64,000 nucleotides of DNA, taken from assembly GCF_946221635.1 (NCBI RefSeq), contig NZ_CAMIHB010000006.1, forward strand, positions 3,522-67,521, given 5' to 3'. Below the pieces are notes generated by a model, which was given only the letters and a program-made list of their open reading frames with translations, was not told the origin of the DNA and made no database searches. A program made the position numbers and the translations under genes. Below, one piece after another: positions 49,113 to 59,677 of the stretch; the stretch's first letter is position 1, and every line of letters starts with the position of its first letter. This DNA comes from an uncultured Rhodoferax sp. (GTDB taxonomy: Bacteria > Pseudomonadota > Gammaproteobacteria > Burkholderiales > Burkholderiaceae_C).

Positions 49113-52100
49113 GTGACCCTGCACCTGACCTCTTTCGAAGGCGGCAACGCCCTGAGCAACTTCCGTGTTCAACAGCTTTTGCCGCAATTGCAGGGCATCC
49201 ACGACAAGATTTCGGGCATTTCGGCCCGATTTGTCCATCTGGTGGCGACCGAATCCGCACTGGAGCCACCGCTGGCCGACAAACTGGCGGCCCTGCTGAC
49301 CTACGGCGACCCCTACGCCGGCCCCGCGGACGGCCCGACCATCGTGGTCAGCCCGCGTTTTGGCACCGTGAGCCCCTGGGCCTCCAAGGCCACCGACATT
49401 GCCCACAACTGCGGCTTTGCCGTCAAGCGCATCGAACGCCTGGTGGAGTACCGCCTGACGCTCAAGAGCAGCCTGCTGTCCAAGGGCGCGCTGAGCGCCG
49501 AAGAGCTGCAGAAGATCGCTGCGCTGCTGCACGACCGCATGACCGAAAGCGCCATGCTGGACCGCAGCCAGGCGCAGGAGCTGTTCAACGCCCTGCAGCC
49601 CGCGCCCATGGACCATGTGGACGTGCTGGGCGGCGGCAAGGATGCGCTGGTCAAGGCCAATACCCAGTTCGGCCTGGCGCTGGCTGCCGATGAAATCGAC
49701 TACCTGGTCAACGCCTTCACCACGCTGGGCCGCAACCCCACCGACGTGGAGCTGATGATGTTCGCCCAGGCCAACAGCGAGCACTGCCGCCACAAGATCT
49801 TCAACGCCCAGTTCACCATCGACGGCGTGGCGCAGGACAAGAGCATGTTCGGCATGATCCGCAACACGCACCAGTTGCACCCCCAGTACATGCTGGTGGC
49901 CTATTCGGACAATGCTTCGGTGATGGAAGGCGTGCAGGTCGAACGCTTTGTGGCCAAATCAGCCTCTGGCCCTCGTGAAATATGCGCGGCAAGCTATGAA
50001 AAGCATAGCGAAACCAACCACATCCTGATGAAGGTGGAGACCCACAACCACCCCACAGCCATCTCTCCCTTCCCCGGTGCCTCCACCGGCGCGGGTGGCG
50101 AGATCCGCGACGAGGGCGCAACCGGCCGCGGCTCCAAGCCCAAGGCCGGCCTGACCGGTTTTACCGTGTCCAAGCTCTGGGGCAGCACCATGGGCAAGCC
50201 CGAGCACATCGCCAGCCCGCTGCAGATCATGGTCGAAGGCCCGCTGGGCGGCGCGGCCTTCAACAACGAGTTCGGCCGGCCCAACCTGCTGGGCTACTTC
50301 CGTGAGTACGAGCAGACCGTGACCAGCGATGTGGACACCGTAGCGCGCGGCTACCACAAGCCCATCATGATCGCCGGCGGCCTGGGTGTCATCGACGCGG
50401 GCCAGACCCACAAGATCGAGTTTCCCGTGGGCTCTTTGCTGATCCAGTTGGGCGGCCCCGGCATGCGCATCGGCATGGGCGGCAGTGCGGCCAGCTCCAT
50501 GGCCACGGGTGCGAACGCCGCCGAGCTGGACTTTGATTCCGTGCAGCGCGGCAACCCCGAGATCGAACGCCGTGCGCAAGAGGTCATCAACCAGTGCTGG
50601 GTGCAGGGCGACCAGAACCCCATCCTCGCCATCCACGACGTGGGCGCGGGCGGGCTGTCCAACGCCTTCCCCGAGCTGACCAATGACGCCGGCCGTGGCG
50701 CGCGCTTCGACCTGCGCGCTGTGAAGCTGGAAGAGTCCGGCATGGCGCCCAAGGAAATCTGGTGCAACGAGAGCCAGGAACGCTATGTGCTGGCCATTGC
50801 GCCCGAATCGCTGGACCAGTTCAAGGCCTTGTGCGAGCGCGAGCGCTGCCCGTTTGCGGTGATCGGTGTGGCCACCGAAGAGCGGCAGCTGCAACTGGTT
50901 GATACATCCGTTGGCGGCACTAGCTCCGTTCGGGCTGAGCCCGTCGAAGCCCTCGCGAGCCCTTCGACAAGCTCAGGGCGAACGGAAGTGGATGGTATGC
51001 CGGTGAACATGCCCATGAACGTGCTGCTGGGCAAGCCGCCCAAGATGCACCGCGATGTGAAGACCGTCGCCCGCACCTTCAAACCGCTGGACCTGACCGG
51101 CGTGGACATCCAGAAGGCCGTCATCGACGTGCTGGCGCACCCCACCGTCGCCTCCAAGCGCTTTCTCATCACCATTGGCGACCGCACCGTGGGTGGCTTG
51201 ACGCACCGCGACCAGATGGTCGGCCCCTGGCAGGTGCCGGTGGCGGACTGCGCCGTCACACTGGCCGACTTCAAAGGTTTTGCGGGTGAAGCCATGTCCA
51301 TGGGCGAGCGCACGCCGCTGGCTGCATTGGATGCGCCAGCCTCCGGCCGCATGGCTGTGGCGGAGGCCATCACCAACCTGCTGGCCGCGCCCATCGAGCT
51401 GCCGCGCGTGAAGCTGTCCGCCAACTGGATGGCTGCCTGCGGCGAAGCGGGTGAAGATGCGGCGCTGTACGCCACCGTCAAGGCCGTGGGCATGGAGCTG
51501 TGCCCGGCGCTGGGCATTTCCATCCCCGTGGGCAAGGACAGCTTGTCCATGCGCACGCAGTGGAAGGACGAGGGCCAAGACAAGAAGGTGACATCCCCCG
51601 TGTCCCTGATCGTGAGCGGTTTTGCCACGCTGCAGGACGTGCGCGGAACGCTGACGCCGCAACTCAACGCCACCGACGACACCACGCTGGTGTTGATCGA
51701 CTTGGGCAAGGGCCAGCACCGCATGGCTGCCAGCATCCTGGCGCAGACGCTGGACCAGGTGGGCGACAAGGTGCCCGACCTGGACGACGCGAAAGACCTG
51801 ATCAACCTGGTGAATGCCGTGAACGCCTTGCGCGCCAAGGGCCAAGTGCTGGCCTACCACGACCGTGGCGACGGCGGCCTGCTGGCGACTGTGGCCGAAA
51901 TGGCCTTTGCCGGCCGCGTGGGCGTGGCGCTGAATGTGGACATGCTGGTCACCGAGGGCGACGGCATTTCCGACAGCCGCATGGATGTGGGCGACAGCAA
52001 GAACTGGGCAGGGCAGGTGGGCGCACGCCGCCAGGAGCTCACGCTCAAGGCCCTGTTCAACGAAGAACTGGGCGTGGTGCTGCAGGTGCGCACCGCCGAC

Positions 52101-53219
52101 CGTGCCGAAGTCATGGCCACCCTGCGTGCGCATGGCCTGTCCACCATCAGCCATGTGATCGGCAAGACCCGCCCAGCCACCGACGCGGTGGACGCCGGCA
52201 AGGGCGAGCTGCAGATCTGGCGCGACGCCAAGAGCATCTTCAGCGCCAAACTGGCCGACCTGCACCAGGTGTGGGACGCCGTGAGCTGGAAGATTGCCCA
52301 GCAGCGCGACAACCCCGCCTGCGCCGATGCGGAACACGCCGCGGCTGGCGCCGATACCGACCCTGGTTTGCACGTTTATTTGCCAAATACGGCCCTAGCC
52401 CTCGTGGAATCTGCGCAAGCAGCTAGCAAATCTGTAGCACATGAGATCCTGAAGAACCGCCCCAAGGTGGCGGTGCTGCGCGAGCAGGGCGTCAACTCCC
52501 ATGTGGAAATGGCCTATGCGTTTACCGAGGCCGGTTTCGAAGCCTTTGACGTGCACATGACCGACCTGCAGACCGGCCGCGCCAAGCTGGCCGACTTCCA
52601 GGGCGTGGTGGCCTGCGGTGGGTTCAGCTACGGCGACACACTGGGCGCCGGCATTGGCTGGGCACGCAGCATCACCTTCAACGACGGCCTCTCGGAGCAG
52701 TTCAAGACCTTCTTTGCCCGCCAGGACACCTTTGGCCTGGGCGTGTGCAACGGCTGCCAGATGTTTGCCGAGCTGGCCGACATCATCCCCGGCGCGCAGG
52801 ACTGGCCCCGCTTCACCACCAACCAGAGCGAACGCTTTGAGGCCCGCCTGTCGATGGTGGAAGTGCTGGAATCCCCGTCGCTGTTCTTCAAAGACCTGGC
52901 CGGCATGCGCCTGCCCATTGCCGTGGCCCACGGCGAGGGTTATGCCAACTTCAAGTACCGCGGCAATGCTGATAAAGCCATCGCCGCCATGCGCTATGTG
53001 GACAACAGCGGCGCGCCTACCGAGGCCTACCCCTACAACCCCAACGGCAGCCCCGGCGGCCTGACGGCGGTGACCACGGCCGACGGCCGCTTCACGGCCA
53101 TGATGCCGCACCCCGAGCGCGTGTTCCGCAACGTGCAGATGAGCTGGACCAGCCTGGACAAGAGCACGTTCAGCCCGTGGATGCAACTCTGGCGCAACGC
53201 GCGCAAGTGGGTGGGCTAA
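49113..53219 (+). CDS. purL: Phosphoribosylformylglycinamidine synthase (large single-chain form)
   Basis: The 1368 aa protein uses a GTG start and has the conserved [21 protein letters not shown] and C-terminal glutaminase (GVCNGCQM) motifs. It contains repeat copies H and G and a 60 bp palindromic in-frame insert. Confidence 0.95.
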   Translation: MTLHLTSFEGGNALSNFRVQQLLPQLQGIHDKISGISARFVHLVATESALEPPLADKLAALLTYGDPYAGPADGPTIVVSPRFGTVSPWASKATDIAHNCGFAVKRIERLVEYRLTLKSSLLSKGALSAEELQKIAALLHDRMTESAMLDRSQAQELFNALQPAPMDHVDVLGGGKDALVKANTQFGLALAADEIDYLVNAFTTLGRNPTDVELMMFAQANSEHCRHKIFNAQFTIDGVAQDKSMFGMIRNTHQLHPQYMLVAYSDNASVMEGVQVERFVAKSASGPREICAASYEKHSETNHILMKVETHNHPTAISPFPGASTGAGGEIRDEGATGRGSKPKAGLTGFTVSKLWGSTMGKPEHIASPLQIMVEGPLGGAAFNNEFGRPNLLGYFREYEQTVTSDVDTVARGYHKPIMIAGGLGVIDAGQTHKIEFPVGSLLIQLGGPGMRIGMGGSAASSMATGANAAELDFDSVQRGNPEIERRAQEVINQCWVQGDQNPILAIHDVGAGGLSNAFPELTNDAGRGARFDLRAVKLEESGMAPKEIWCNESQERYVLAIAPESLDQFKALCERERCPFAVIGVATEERQLQLVDTSVGGTSSVRAEPVEALASPSTSSGRTEVDGMPVNMPMNVLLGKPPKMHRDVKTVARTFKPLDLTGVDIQKAVIDVLAHPTVASKRFLITIGDRTVGGLTHRDQMVGPWQVPVADCAVTLADFKGFAGEAMSMGERTPLAALDAPASGRMAVAEAITNLLAAPIELPRVKLSANWMAACGEAGEDAALYATVKAVGMELCPALGISIPVGKDSLSMRTQWKDEGQDKKVTSPVSLIVSGFATLQDVRGTLTPQLNATDDTTLVLIDLGKGQHRMAASILAQTLDQVGDKVPDLDDAKDLINLVNAVNALRAKGQVLAYHDRGDGGLLATVAEMAFAGRVGVALNVDMLVTEGDGISDSRMDVGDSKNWAGQVGARRQELTLKALFNEELGVVLQVRTADRAEVMATLRAHGLSTISHVIGKTRPATDAVDAGKGELQIWRDAKSIFSAKLADLHQVWDAVSWKIAQQRDNPACADAEHAAAGADTDPGLHVYLPNTALALVESAQAASKSVAHEILKNRPKVAVLREQGVNSHVEMAYAFTEAGFEAFDVHMTDLQTGRAKLADFQGVVACGGFSYGDTLGAGIGWARSITFNDGLSEQFKTFFARQDTFGLGVCNGCQMFAELADIIPGAQDWPRFTTNQSERFEARLSMVEVLESPSLFFKDLAGMRLPIAVAHGEGYANFKYRGNADKAIAAMRYVDNSGAPTEAYPYNPNGSPGGLTAVTTADGRFTAMMPHPERVFRNVQMSWTSLDKSTFSPWMQLWRNARKWVG
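49950..50010 (-). repeat. Mini-element copy H, reverse orientation, inside purL
   Basis: The reverse complement reads TTCATAGCTTGCCGCGCATATTTCACGAGGGCCAGAGGCTGATTTGGCCAC. It is diverged, with 1 nt indels relative to the other copies. Confidence 0.55.
50926..50985. repeat. 60 bp imperfect palindrome inserted in-frame in the purL linker region
   Basis: CCGTTCGGGCTGAGCCCGTCGAAGCCCTCGCGAGCCCTTCGACAAGCTCAGGGCGAACGG. The arms match at 24 of 30 positions and the centre is CTCGCGAG. It encodes the S/T/A/P-rich segment [21 protein letters not shown], which is absent from E. coli PurL. Confidence 0.6.
52372..52430 (-). repeat. Mini-element copy G, reverse orientation, inside purL
   Basis: The reverse complement reads ATTTGCTAGCTGCTTGCGCAGATTCCACGAGGGCTAGGGCCGTATTTGGCAAATAAAC. 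It encodes [15 protein letters not shown], in the same frame usage as copy D. Confidence 0.65.
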
Positions 53220-53238
53220 GCCGGTAGCTGCGGGCGCA

Positions 53239-55233
53239 TCACTGCGCCTGCACTGCGCCGTCGCGTACCACCCATTGGGCGTTCCAGTGTTTGGACCACT
53301 GCTCTGCCAGGCGGGTGAAGCTGCCATCGCGCTTCATGGCGTCCAGCGCCTCCTGCCAGCTGCGCACCACGGACGGGTCGGTGCGCTTGGACATGCCGAT
53401 GTAGAGGCGGTTGACGAAGAGTTCGTAGACCGGTTCGAAGTCGGCCGGATTCAGCCCCGCATCGCGCGCGGTGATGGGCAAGTCCATGTCCGTCATCACC
53501 AGCGCGCTGACCTTGCCATCCAGCAGCTTTTTGAACGCAGTGGCCCAGTCGGGTGAGTAGTCCAGGTTGTGGAAGTCCTTGCCTTTGAGGAATTCTTCCT
53601 TGGAGTCACCCTTGAGCACGGCAATGCTGGGCAGCTTGCGGGCCTCGTACAGGCTCTTGACACTGATGCCGCTGCCTTTTTTCACAAACAGCACGGCGTT
53701 GCTGTGCACCAGCGGGCCGACCCAGGAAAACTGGTTCTCGCGGCTGGGCGTGCGCGCCATGGTGAACAGCACGGCATTGGGTTCGGTCTGCAGCGCCGTA
53801 TAGCTGCGCTCCCAAGAGGTGATGCGGACCTCGGCTTGGTGCCCGGTGCGGGCCAGGATCTCGCGCACCACATCGGGGGAAAAGCCTTTCACATCGGCAC
53901 CACTGGCATCGTTCTTGTTGGCGGCATCGGTGTAGTTCAGCGGAGGCTCATGTGCGGTGCCCACGATGAGCTGCACGCTGTGGGTCAACTGTGCGCTGGA
54001 GGCCTGGGGACCTTGCAGATTGCGCAGGGACGGGGCCGGGCGGGCGACCGGCCTCTGCGTGGCCCGGGCAATGGGCAGTTCCGGCAGGGCGTTGGCTTGG
54101 GGCAGGCCCTCGACGTGGAACGCCGCCGCCGTGTGGCGCAGCCGGTCGGCCCGGGTCTGCAGGGTCTCCGCGTTGGCGCTGGCCTCGTGCAGCAGGCCGG
54201 CGTAGCGTTCGGTCACGGCATCGAGGTAGTCCAGCGAGCCGCTGAGTTGGGCAATGTCGCTCTCCTGCTGCTCGGTGACCGCGGCTATCTCCTCCATGAT
54301 GTGGGTGACCTGCTGCGAGCTGGCGGTGATCTCGTCCATGGAGTTCGCCACCTGGTCGGCCAGCTTGGCCGATTGCGCAATCTTTTCCACCGAGCCGGTG
54401 ATGAGGGTCTTGATCTCCTTGGCCGCACTGGCGGAGCGCTGGGCCAGCGTGCGCACCTCGGAGGCCACGACGGCGAAGCCCTTGCCCTGTTCGCCTGCGC
54501 GGGCAGCTTCCACCGCTGCGTTGAGCGCCAGGATGTTGGTCTGGAAGGCGATGCCGTCGATGACGCCGATGATCTCGCCGATCTTGCCCGAGGACTCGCT
54601 CAAGGTGTCCATGGTGCTGGTCATCTGGCTCACCACTTGATTGCCCTTGACCGCGATGTCGGAGGCGTAGCGCACGCTTTTCTGGGCGTCCGTGGTCTTG
54701 CTGCGGGCCTGCTTGACCGTGTCGAGCAGGCTGCCAATGCTGGTGGTGCTCTGGCGCAGCAGCTCGGTTTGCTGGGCCATATTCGCCGACAGGTCCAGGT
54801 TGTTGGCCGAGAAGGTGACGGATTCCGTGGCCACGGCATCGGCCTCGTGCCGGAGGTGGCGCAGCTTGTCGGCCCATGTGGCGCGCAGGGACTGGATGCG
54901 CGACAAGGTGCTGGACTCGGTGGCCGGCCCTGCCGGGGCCGCTGCGGCGAGGTCGCCGCGCCCCAGCAAGGCCAGCTGCGCGTGCAGGGTGGCGGGGGCC
55001 GCGCCGAGTTGCTGGGTGACAGATCGGTGCAGGCGGTACAAGGCGGCGACCACCAGGGTGGCGGCGGCGAGCAGCAGCCACATCAGCCGCTCCCATGCGG
55101 CGTCCACATGGGCCGGCGGCGCCTGTAGGCCGCTGTGCAAGCTCCAGGTGCACAGGGCCAGCACCACAAAGCTGCCCGCACAGGCGAGGCCCCAGAGGAA
55201 GAAGTGAGAACCAAGGGAGGCGGGTCGTTTCAT
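53239..55233 (-). CDS. Methyl-accepting chemotaxis protein with a C-terminal family-3 solute-binding-protein domain
   Basis: It has 2 TM helices with a ~15 aa periplasmic loop, an HAMP-like GDL connector, an MCP signalling domain ([35 protein letters not shown]), and then an ~230 aa SBP_bac_3-like domain at the C-terminus. Confidence 0.8.
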   Translation of the reverse strand: MKRPASLGSHFFLWGLACAGSFVVLALCTWSLHSGLQAPPAHVDAAWERLMWLLLAAATLVVAALYRLHRSVTQQLGAAPATLHAQLALLGRGDLAAAAPAGPATESSTLSRIQSLRATWADKLRHLRHEADAVATESVTFSANNLDLSANMAQQTELLRQSTTSIGSLLDTVKQARSKTTDAQKSVRYASDIAVKGNQVVSQMTSTMDTLSESSGKIGEIIGVIDGIAFQTNILALNAAVEAARAGEQGKGFAVVASEVRTLAQRSASAAKEIKTLITGSVEKIAQSAKLADQVANSMDEITASSQQVTHIMEEIAAVTEQQESDIAQLSGSLDYLDAVTERYAGLLHEASANAETLQTRADRLRHTAAAFHVEGLPQANALPELPIARATQRPVARPAPSLRNLQGPQASSAQLTHSVQLIVGTAHEPPLNYTDAANKNDASGADVKGFSPDVVREILARTGHQAEVRITSWERSYTALQTEPNAVLFTMARTPSRENQFSWVGPLVHSNAVLFVKKGSGISVKSLYEARKLPSIAVLKGDSKEEFLKGKDFHNLDYSPDWATAFKKLLDGKVSALVMTDMDLPITARDAGLNPADFEPVYELFVNRLYIGMSKRTDPSVVRSWQEALDAMKRDGSFTRLAEQWSKHWNAQWVVRDGAVQAQ

Positions 55234-55461
55234 GCAGAGTCCATCGACAGGAGTGAGCCTGGCACACCCTTAGCAAGCTTGATGCCCGCTTGTATGGCCG
55301 GGCGCCATGTACCACCTGGCGCGCGAATAGCACATTCCGCATGGCTTGGCTTGATGCTCTGGAATGGGGGGCGCTGGCTCGGTGAATTCGGGGCACAGCC
55401 CTTGCAATCGGCCGCAGGCACCCAAAATGCGCCACCTTAGCAATCAATTTTCGGATTTCCC

Positions 55462-56103
55462 ATGTCCTCTGACCTGATCAACAAACTGCAATGGCGCTAT
55501 GCCACCAAGAAGTTCAACCCCGCCAAGTCCGTGCCCCAGGACAAGGTGGATCGCATTCTGGAAGCTGTGCGCCTGACTGCCACCTCCAGTGGTCTGCAGC
55601 CCTATGAGGTGATCGTCGTCACCAACAAGGACGTGCGCGAGCAGATCAAGCCCATCGCCTGGAACCAGGGCCAGATCACCGATGCCTCCCATCTGCTGGT
55701 GTTCGCGGCCTGGGACAACTACACCGCAGAGCGCATCAACATGATGTTCGACCTGGTGAATGAACAACGCGGCTTCAAGAACGAAGGCTGGGAAAACTAC
55801 CGCCAGATGCTGCTGGGCATGTACCCCCAGCGCGATGCCGAAGTGAACTACCAACACGCTGCCCGCCAGGCCTACATCGGACTGGGCACCGCGCTGATCG
55901 CCGCCGCCGAAGAGCAGGTGGACGCCACGCCGATGGAAGGTTTTGATCCCAATGCGCTGGACGAGATCCTGAAGCTGCGCGAGCGCGGCCTGCGCAGCGT
56001 CGCCATCCTGCCCATCGGCTACCGTGCCGACGAAGGCGACTGGCTGGTGAACCTGAAGAAAGTGCGCCGCCCGCGCGAGCAGTTCATCTCCGAAGTGGCC
56101 TGA
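55462..56103 (+). CDS. NAD(P)H-dependent nitroreductase family oxidoreductase
   Basis: The 213 aa protein has the nitroreductase fold (RYATKKFNP...VPQDKVDRILEAVRLTATSSGLQPY). Confidence 0.8.
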   Translation: MSSDLINKLQWRYATKKFNPAKSVPQDKVDRILEAVRLTATSSGLQPYEVIVVTNKDVREQIKPIAWNQGQITDASHLLVFAAWDNYTAERINMMFDLVNEQRGFKNEGWENYRQMLLGMYPQRDAEVNYQHAARQAYIGLGTALIAAAEEQVDATPMEGFDPNALDEILKLRERGLRSVAILPIGYRADEGDWLVNLKKVRRPREQFISEVA

Positions 56104-56117
56104 CCCCTTCGATGGTT

Positions 56118-56152
56118 GAACCTGAAAAAGGGCTGGTTTTGACCAGCCCTTT
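56118..56152 (+). terminator. Rho-independent terminator (AAAAAGGGCTGGTTTTGACCAGCCCTTTTTTAT)
   Basis: A perfect GC-rich stem followed by a T-run, directly downstream of the nitroreductase stop. Confidence 0.85.
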
Positions 56153-56316
56153 TTTATGTCTGGGATCTAGGGGCATTTCCCGAATGCTACAAACGCTGCG
56201 AGTCTGGCGTTGCAAAGCGCTGCTTGTTGAACGGTACCGCGCAAGCAAAAACTGCACTTTTGATTCGGAGTGAATGCCATGGTCCTTTTTTGTAACCCTT
56301 CTTGGGCTGAACGCAC

Positions 56317-56538
56317 GTGATCAAGTTGCGCCGCCTGTTCCAGCCCCGCAAGCCCGCGTTCTGGCTCATGCTGGTGCTCAACGGTCTGTCCACAGCCCTG
56401 ATGTGGATCGTCCAGAACTACCGGTTGACGCCGCTGGCCAGCGTAGTGATCGCCCTGTTTGCGTTGGGCAATGCGTGGATGGGTCTGCGTCTGGCGTGGC
56501 GTCTGCTGTCCACGCCAGACGAGCCTCCTGCTGGCTGA
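56317..56538 (+). CDS. Hypothetical small 2-TM membrane protein (73 aa)
   Basis: An ORF with two hydrophobic helices in an otherwise empty intergenic region, between the terminator and a convergent gene. It uses a GTG start and has no clear RBS. Confidence 0.3.
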   Translation: MIKLRRLFQPRKPAFWLMLVLNGLSTALMWIVQNYRLTPLASVVIALFALGNAWMGLRLAWRLLSTPDEPPAG

Positions 56539-56546
56539 GCCGCTGA

Positions 56547-57602
56547 TCAGGAAAACACTTCGCCGAACAGCAGTTCCCAAGCGTTACCGTAGGCCACTTG
56601 ATGCTGCACTTCTCGGGGCAACTGCGCCAGGAAATTACGCAGACCCTGGTCGTAGCGCTCCAGCCGGTCCATGCGGTCACCGCCGAGATCCAACGCCGAG
56701 ACGAAACGACGGGGGTAGGCAGCAAGTAGGTCTCTCCATTCAGGCGCAATGGAACCGGAACTGCCCCAGATGCGTGCATGACGCTGGCCATTGACCGGGT
56801 AGACCGATTTGGGGCCACCAAATGCCGTGTCCCAGTAAAGATGTGGGAAGCGCTTGATCAGGCCTTCCACATAGGCCGGGCCGTACTGCGGTGCGCGCTC
56901 GAGGTAGCGCACCTGAGCCAAGTGGCACCAGATCACGCGGGCCTTGGGATATTGCGCCAGCATGCGTTCCAGAGCGGGGAGCAGCGCGTCCTCGATTTCA
57001 TAGTGAATCTGGAAGGCCATGCCGGTCTTTTCGCTGAGCGCGAACAATCGGTGCCCTGTGGGGCCGTCTATCGGCACATGGACGTCGCGCTCTTCGGACT
57101 CCTCTGCGCCGCGGCGGGCCTGGCGCGGTGAAGGGTAGTGGCGGAATTCGTACTCGCCCAACAAAAGAATCTTGCGCTGTGCAATGGCGGCTTCCTGTGC
57201 CGCGAGGAACTCGTCAGGAGCCTCCAGCAAGCTGGGACCTTGGCCACCATTGCCAACAGGGATGAAGTGGCTGGGGTAGCGTGCCTGAAGCCGTTGCGAG
57301 AGATCGTCGTAGCGCACGCCCTGGCCGAAAGGCCCCTTCTTGATGTCCGCTGACATGGCCACCATGCCGATACCCAGGGAATCCATCTGGGCGGCAAAAC
57401 TGTCCATGTCGAATTGGCGGGAATCGCAGGAGCTTTCAATGTCGACATAGGGCAGTACACCACGGCTCAAAAGGCCTTTGAGCCGCTGCGCATAACCGCG
57501 TTTGAGCGCATCAATGTCAAGAGCGTCCTGTGCCGATGCCGGAAGCGCGGCCATCAATGGCAGGGCGCCGACATGTTGTAGCAGTTGGCGACGATTCTGC
57601 AT
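56547..57602 (-). CDS. TAT-exported amidohydrolase-2 family protein (paralogue of 41070-42140)
   Basis: It has an RR signal (NRRQLLQHVGALPLMAALPASA) and the same EFRHYPSP, AFQIHYEIEDALLP and VIWCHLA blocks. Confidence 0.7.
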   Translation of the reverse strand: MQNRRQLLQHVGALPLMAALPASAQDALDIDALKRGYAQRLKGLLSRGVLPYVDIESSCDSRQFDMDSFAAQMDSLGIGMVAMSADIKKGPFGQGVRYDDLSQRLQARYPSHFIPVGNGGQGPSLLEAPDEFLAAQEAAIAQRKILLLGEYEFRHYPSPRQARRGAEESEERDVHVPIDGPTGHRLFALSEKTGMAFQIHYEIEDALLPALERMLAQYPKARVIWCHLAQVRYLERAPQYGPAYVEGLIKRFPHLYWDTAFGGPKSVYPVNGQRHARIWGSSGSIAPEWRDLLAAYPRRFVSALDLGGDRMDRLERYDQGLRNFLAQLPREVQHQVAYGNAWELLFGEVFS

Positions 57603-57606
57603 ACGG

Positions 57607-59634
57607 CTAGTGTCCGAATTCCTGTTTAGGCCGTGTCTTGTGGAAGGTCATGGGCACGCCTTGTGCCGCTTCCAGCAACTCCTTGCGGCTCTGGTTGGCC
57701 ACGCTGGTTTTCATCTTGCCGACCACATGCATCTCGCACGGTTTGCAGTCAAAGCGCAGGGTCAGTTTTTCCTTGCCGTTGATGAGCTGGAGCGGTTCGG
57801 CCTTGACCTGGCCCTGTACGCCCGTCACACCCTTGGCCTGCTTGGGGCACAGGCTCAGTGAGAAGCGCACGCAGTGCTTGGTGATCATGAGGCTGACCTC
57901 GCCCATCTCCTCGATGGCCTCGTAGGCCGGCGCGATAACCTTCACGCCATGCTTGGCATAGAAGCCGTGGGCGGCCTGGTTGAACACATTGGCCAGGTAG
58001 CTCAGCGTGTCTTCGGGGTAGGCCACGGGCGGCTCCACGGCCACGCCGGGGGCCAGGCGCGCAAAGCCTTTTTCCCGCGCGCGCTCCAGCGCTTCCACCG
58101 CCTCACGCCGCAGTGGATTCAGCACCGAGGCCGGCACAAACCACGGCTGGCTGAACTGCACCTGCACATCCAGCGCGGCAAAGATGGTGGCGCCCATCTT
58201 GCTCACGTTAGCCTGCAGCGTGTCCAGCGCTGTTGCGGCGTCTTTGGCCAGGTCGCGGGGCAGGGGGGTGCGGGCCGTGGCGGTGAAGCCATCTTCATCG
58301 GTCAGCGTCAGGGCTATGCCATCGCCCGTTTCGGCCAGCACGGCCCAGACGCCGATGCGCCGGTCGCTGCTCTTCTTTTCCAGCACCCGGGTCCAGTTCA
58401 CGTCGCGGTTGCGGTTCACCTCCACACCCTTGCGCAGGTCTTTCAGACCGGCAATGGGGTCCTTGGGGAACACGCGCCACAGGCCCTTGGCCGCATGGAT
58501 GGCTTCGGCCCGGTTGATGGCCAGGCCCACCAGTTCCTTCTGCAGGTCGTAGTAGCACAGGCCGTCGCCATTGCTCAGCGCCTTGCCGTGGTCGTTCAGC
58601 TCCAGCTCCACGCTGTCGGCGTTCACCTTGGTCACCCAGCCAATCGGCTGGCCGGGGTTCTTGGGGCTGTCGAAGGCGCCAATGTCGATCTGCCGGCCCT
58701 GCACGAAGTAGTCCGTGAACTCGCGGTTGAAGTTCTGGTTGGGGTCGGGTTCAAAGGTGAAGCTGGTGGTGCCGCTGCTGCTGCGCGCCAGCGGCCGGTC
58801 CGAGTCCTGGCGGTCTTCGATCAGGCGGTCCAGCAGCTTGCGGTAGTGGGCGGTGATGTTCTTCACATAGCCCATGTCCTTGTAGCGGCCCTCGATCTTG
58901 AAGCTGCGGATGCCTGCGTCCACCAGCGCAGCCAGGTTTTCGCTCTGGTTGTTGTCCTTCATGGACAGCACATGCTTGTCGTGCGCGACAAAGCGGCCCT
59001 TGTCGTCCACCACCTGGTAGGGCAGGCGGCAGGCCTGGCTGCACTCGCCGCGGTTGGCACTGCGCCCGGTGTGGGCGGCACTGATGTAGCACTGGCCGCT
59101 GTAGGCCACGCACAGCGCACCGTGGATGAAGAACTCCAGCGTGCACTTTTCGGGATCGGTGGCGGCGCGGATGGCCGCAATCTGCTGGGTGGTGAGCTCG
59201 CGCGCCAGCACGATCTGGGAGAGCCCTACGTCCTGCAGAAAGCGCGCTTTTTCGGGCGTGCGGATATCGGTCTGGGTGCTGGCGTGCAGCTGGATGGGCG
59301 GCATGTCGATGGCCAGCAGGCCCATGTCCTGCACGATGAGGGCGTCCACCCCGGCTTCATAGAGCTGCCAGGCCTGCTGGCGGGCAGGCTCCAGTTCGTC
59401 AACCCGCAGGATGGTGTTCATGGTGACGAAGATGCGGCTGTTGAAGCGGTGCGCGTGCTGCACCAGCTGCGCGATATCGGCGATGCTGTTGTCGGCGCTG
59501 GAGCGGGCGCCAAAGCCGGGGCCGCCAATGTAGACGGCATCGGCACCGTGGTTGACGGCTTCAATACCGATCTCGGCGGTGCGTGCGGGGGCCAGGAGTT
59601 CGAGCTGGAAATCTTGCAGGGACATAGGCGCCAA
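57607..59634 (-). CDS. Peptidase U32 family protein, long form (RlhA/YdcP-like, candidate 23S rRNA 5-hydroxycytidine synthase)
   Basis: The 675 aa protein has an N-terminal U32 domain (GADAVYIGGPGFGAR...E..GVDALIVQDMG) and a C-terminal DUF3656-like extension. Confidence 0.7.
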   Translation of the reverse strand: MAPMSLQDFQLELLAPARTAEIGIEAVNHGADAVYIGGPGFGARSSADNSIADIAQLVQHAHRFNSRIFVTMNTILRVDELEPARQQAWQLYEAGVDALIVQDMGLLAIDMPPIQLHASTQTDIRTPEKARFLQDVGLSQIVLARELTTQQIAAIRAATDPEKCTLEFFIHGALCVAYSGQCYISAAHTGRSANRGECSQACRLPYQVVDDKGRFVAHDKHVLSMKDNNQSENLAALVDAGIRSFKIEGRYKDMGYVKNITAHYRKLLDRLIEDRQDSDRPLARSSSGTTSFTFEPDPNQNFNREFTDYFVQGRQIDIGAFDSPKNPGQPIGWVTKVNADSVELELNDHGKALSNGDGLCYYDLQKELVGLAINRAEAIHAAKGLWRVFPKDPIAGLKDLRKGVEVNRNRDVNWTRVLEKKSSDRRIGVWAVLAETGDGIALTLTDEDGFTATARTPLPRDLAKDAATALDTLQANVSKMGATIFAALDVQVQFSQPWFVPASVLNPLRREAVEALERAREKGFARLAPGVAVEPPVAYPEDTLSYLANVFNQAAHGFYAKHGVKVIAPAYEAIEEMGEVSLMITKHCVRFSLSLCPKQAKGVTGVQGQVKAEPLQLINGKEKLTLRFDCKPCEMHVVGKMKTSVANQSRKELLEAAQGVPMTFHKTRPKQEFGH

Positions 59635-59677
59635 TTATCCCAGCCTCCACCCCAAACGGTACACTGCGGCGCTTCCC

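Noticed and set aside
55234-55330. Possible sigma-28 (FliA) promoter upstream of the chemoreceptor gene (TAAGGGTG … GTCGATGG on the minus strand).
   Set aside because: The spacer is ~17 nt against the expected ~11, and the match to TAAAGTTT-N11-GCCGATAA is poor. This is not supportable from sequence alone.
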